A stretch of 64,000 bases of DNA from assembly GCF_902459465.1 (NCBI RefSeq), contig NC_047082.1, forward strand, positions 9,362,001 to 9,426,000. The letters are read 5' to 3'. This document shows positions 61,401 to 64,000 of this stretch, piece by piece (position 1 is the first letter of the stretch; every line of letters starts with the position of its first letter). Source of the DNA: Asterias rubens. Lineage: Eukaryota. The translations under genes and the position numbers were made by a program. A model generated the notes under the pieces. That model saw only the letters and a program-made list of their open reading frames with translations, was not told where the DNA came from and did no database searches.

Positions 61401-63552
61401 TGGGGAGTCTTCAATTTGCGGTTTAGCAAACTTGTGTGGATGTGTGGGGTATGTTGATGTATGAATGAGCAAGGAATATTTTACCCTAGCGTGACGTTAA
61501 CCCATTATACCGTTTTAATGTTCAAGTACTCAGAGTTTAGATTAATCTGAAATGATATTTTATAAAATAATAACAAAATTGGTATCGTCAACTGTTTTAG
61601 AAGAAGAAGAATGTTTTAGTTTCAAGCGTATAGCACAATGGGGTACTTCCCAAACCAGGCAATCACGTTTCGTTTCTTCCTACACACATTTCCACTGGCA
61701 TGTTGAGTATGAACATCTGTATCCGAGTTACAGGACCATCAACACGTATTTAAAGAGGGTTTTCTTGATACAGAACAGTAACTATAACACAGCAAAACTG
61801 TTTAGCTGTCATCAGAAAAACAGTGTCACTAAATACACGGATTGAGTTTATGTTAAAAAGGTCAATGCTACCACTGGGTTAGACTGGTCCCCTGTAATTA
61901 TCATCAAAGTGTGATGACGTCAGAAGATCAGGCTTATGCTGGTGCCGTCCTGTGTAAACAATAGGACTGTGTTCTCATAGACTGTTTGTGTGTACAAACC
62001 AATGGTAGATTTGTAGTTGAACTAAAACACATCTTATCCAAGATTAACATTACTTATGTATTTACGAGGCCGTTTGTAATATTATAATTATACATACAAT
62101 TTGTTATAAAACTGTTTCCGAGTATACCTACGACTGTGGCTGTTTGTTTTTAGCCGTAGCCAGGCTGAAGCTGTCATGTCTAACTCGGATCTTAAAGTTA
62201 TTGTCGTAGATTGGTAAATGCTCCAGAAATTAATGACCATAACAAACTTCACTTGGTGATGAGAAGCACTGCTGCTGTTAAAAGTATAAAGTATTTTGAA
62301 AGAAGGAACTTCCTTCGAAGTATGGTTTGGGAAATAATTTGTTCATCACAAAAAAATGGAATCTGATAACTGATTCATGTATGAATATTTTATCAGATTT
62401 ATGGGGGTTGAGTCCTTTGTCACTTGTATTTTTTTATTTTATTTTATTTAAGCTTTCCTTATTCGTTTGCCTTTAAATCAGTATTACGTTGACAAAGAAA
62501 AAAAAATGCGACCGTACCTTTAAGGTACTGTCAGATCGTAAGTATATTGAGGACTTTCCTGGCATAAATATGGATATTATTCCACAAAACATGGGGTACT
62601 GTTTATCAATGGGTACGTCGGGCAAACATCTTCTTAGTATTATAATTGTAATTCAATTATAGATTGTCGATACTAAAAAAATCCAATAGTAAGTCGACTA
62701 CGGGGCATAAGTTGATCAAATAAGTAAAATTTAATCAAAATACGGTTTGGCGTCTAAAGGGGCTGATTTGGAAGGTTGAGCAATGGTTTGCAATGGTTGA
62801 ATTATACATACAGGCTTACGAGAATGATTATATTGAGCGAGGGTGGAGTGGAGATTTCGTGGGCAAGAAAGCCGCACCTTGATTAGAGTTAATTTGGTTT
62901 ACGTTAAACGTTAACTTCTACAATCATTATAAACTATTCCGTTGGTTAATTTGATAGGCCATTGAACTGAAAAGCTTATTGTTGCTGTTTTATGTCACTT
63001 TGTGTTTCCTTCATTAATAAAGCATACTTGTGAATAAACATGACAGTATTTATAGCTAATGAGTAGTAACCGAACATTGTGATGTTTCAATATATGATAA
63101 CTATTGTGTAAAGATTTCACCAGTATTGCCATGCATCGTTACATTAACCCGAGCAGCAAAAAAAAACATGAAAACAAGCTCCACGCTCAAAAACGAAAAC
63201 GCGCCACCCCGAAAAATAAAAAAAATAAAAAAATAAATAGAACTTGCAAAAAAAAAAAACATCGACTCACCGTACGTGTCTGCCTATTGGAGTGTCATAT
63301 CTATGTATTTTTTGTTTGACAAGGGCACATCGTCGTGTGCTACCCCTGGAGAATACCGTCAATGCACTGTGTAAGGTCGGCGGGGTCGAGCGGATTGGCT
63401 CAGTCTATAGACTGAACGATTCTCCCAAGTATTTGAACACTTTGGAAGCACCTTTGAGAATGAAAGAGAATCGCGTATTCTCACGATCTCCCTCTATAAT
63501 AAGAACTGCATAATGACCCTAGCAGAAAATGGCACACGTCTCAGAGGACCAG

Positions 63553-63793
63553 GGACCAATTTCATAGAGCTGCAGCACAACGATTTGCTTAGCATGAAAT
63601 GTTTGCCTTGATAAAAACAGGATTAACAACCAATAATTTGCACGTGATTTTCAGGAAGCTAACAACAGCTGAATACCAGTAACAAGCGATATGCAATATT
63701 ATATGGAAATTGGGTTGGTAATTCTGTTGTTATTAAGGGAAAAAATGCCATGCTCAGCAAATTGTTGTGCTTAGCAGCTCATGAAATTGGGCC
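63553..63793. mobile_element. 241-bp MITE with a CAG target duplication (Harbinger-like)
   Basis: cag|ggaccaatttcatagagctgc ... gcagctcatgaaattgggcc|cag. Confidence 0.88.
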
Positions 63794-64000
63794 CAGTTGC
63801 CCTCGGTCACGTGGTTCCTTGACGCCATTTTCTCTATAAATGCTGCACGACCCAATGTGCAGACTAGTATAGCACCCTGTATTCGCCGATGTGTTTTTCA
63901 TGGACAAAAAAGCTTCTTATCGGAGGTTGTAAGCTCTCTCATTAACAGGGCGACCACTCTGACAAGTCTAGAGCAAGCCCGCCCTCTTTGCCAGCTTTAG

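Noticed and set aside
63271-63420. Minus-strand donor ACG|GTGAGT suggesting an exon of a neighbouring gene
   Set aside because: Weak acceptor and no recognisable peptide in any frame; not supportable without RNA data.

Overview
This is AT-rich animal genomic DNA with one assembly gap (40449-40635). The repeat families and the GPCR suggest an echinoderm, probably a sea star; this is inference, not a database result. I can support only one protein-coding gene: a class A neuropeptide-type GPCR on the + strand, most like trissin receptors. Its CDS is join(57005..57011,57285..58894), 538 aa. A 176-nt leader exon (56836-57011) holds five 2-3-codon uORFs, and a possible further upstream exon lies at about 15760-16151. 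The rest is non-coding and full of short non-autonomous elements. These include about 14 near-complete copies of a ~380-bp TTAA|AG...CT|TTAA (Kolobok-type) MITE, three more TTAA|AG families, one piggyBac-type element and several 3-bp-TSD (Harbinger-like) foldbacks. There are also tRNA-derived SINEs with a Deu-like core, an L2 LINE 3' end, a Penelope-type remnant with a minimal hammerhead-ribozyme fold, and micro- and minisatellites. Nearly all other ORFs in the supplied track are artefacts of repeats. All analysis was done by eye; coordinates of degenerate repeats are approximate.
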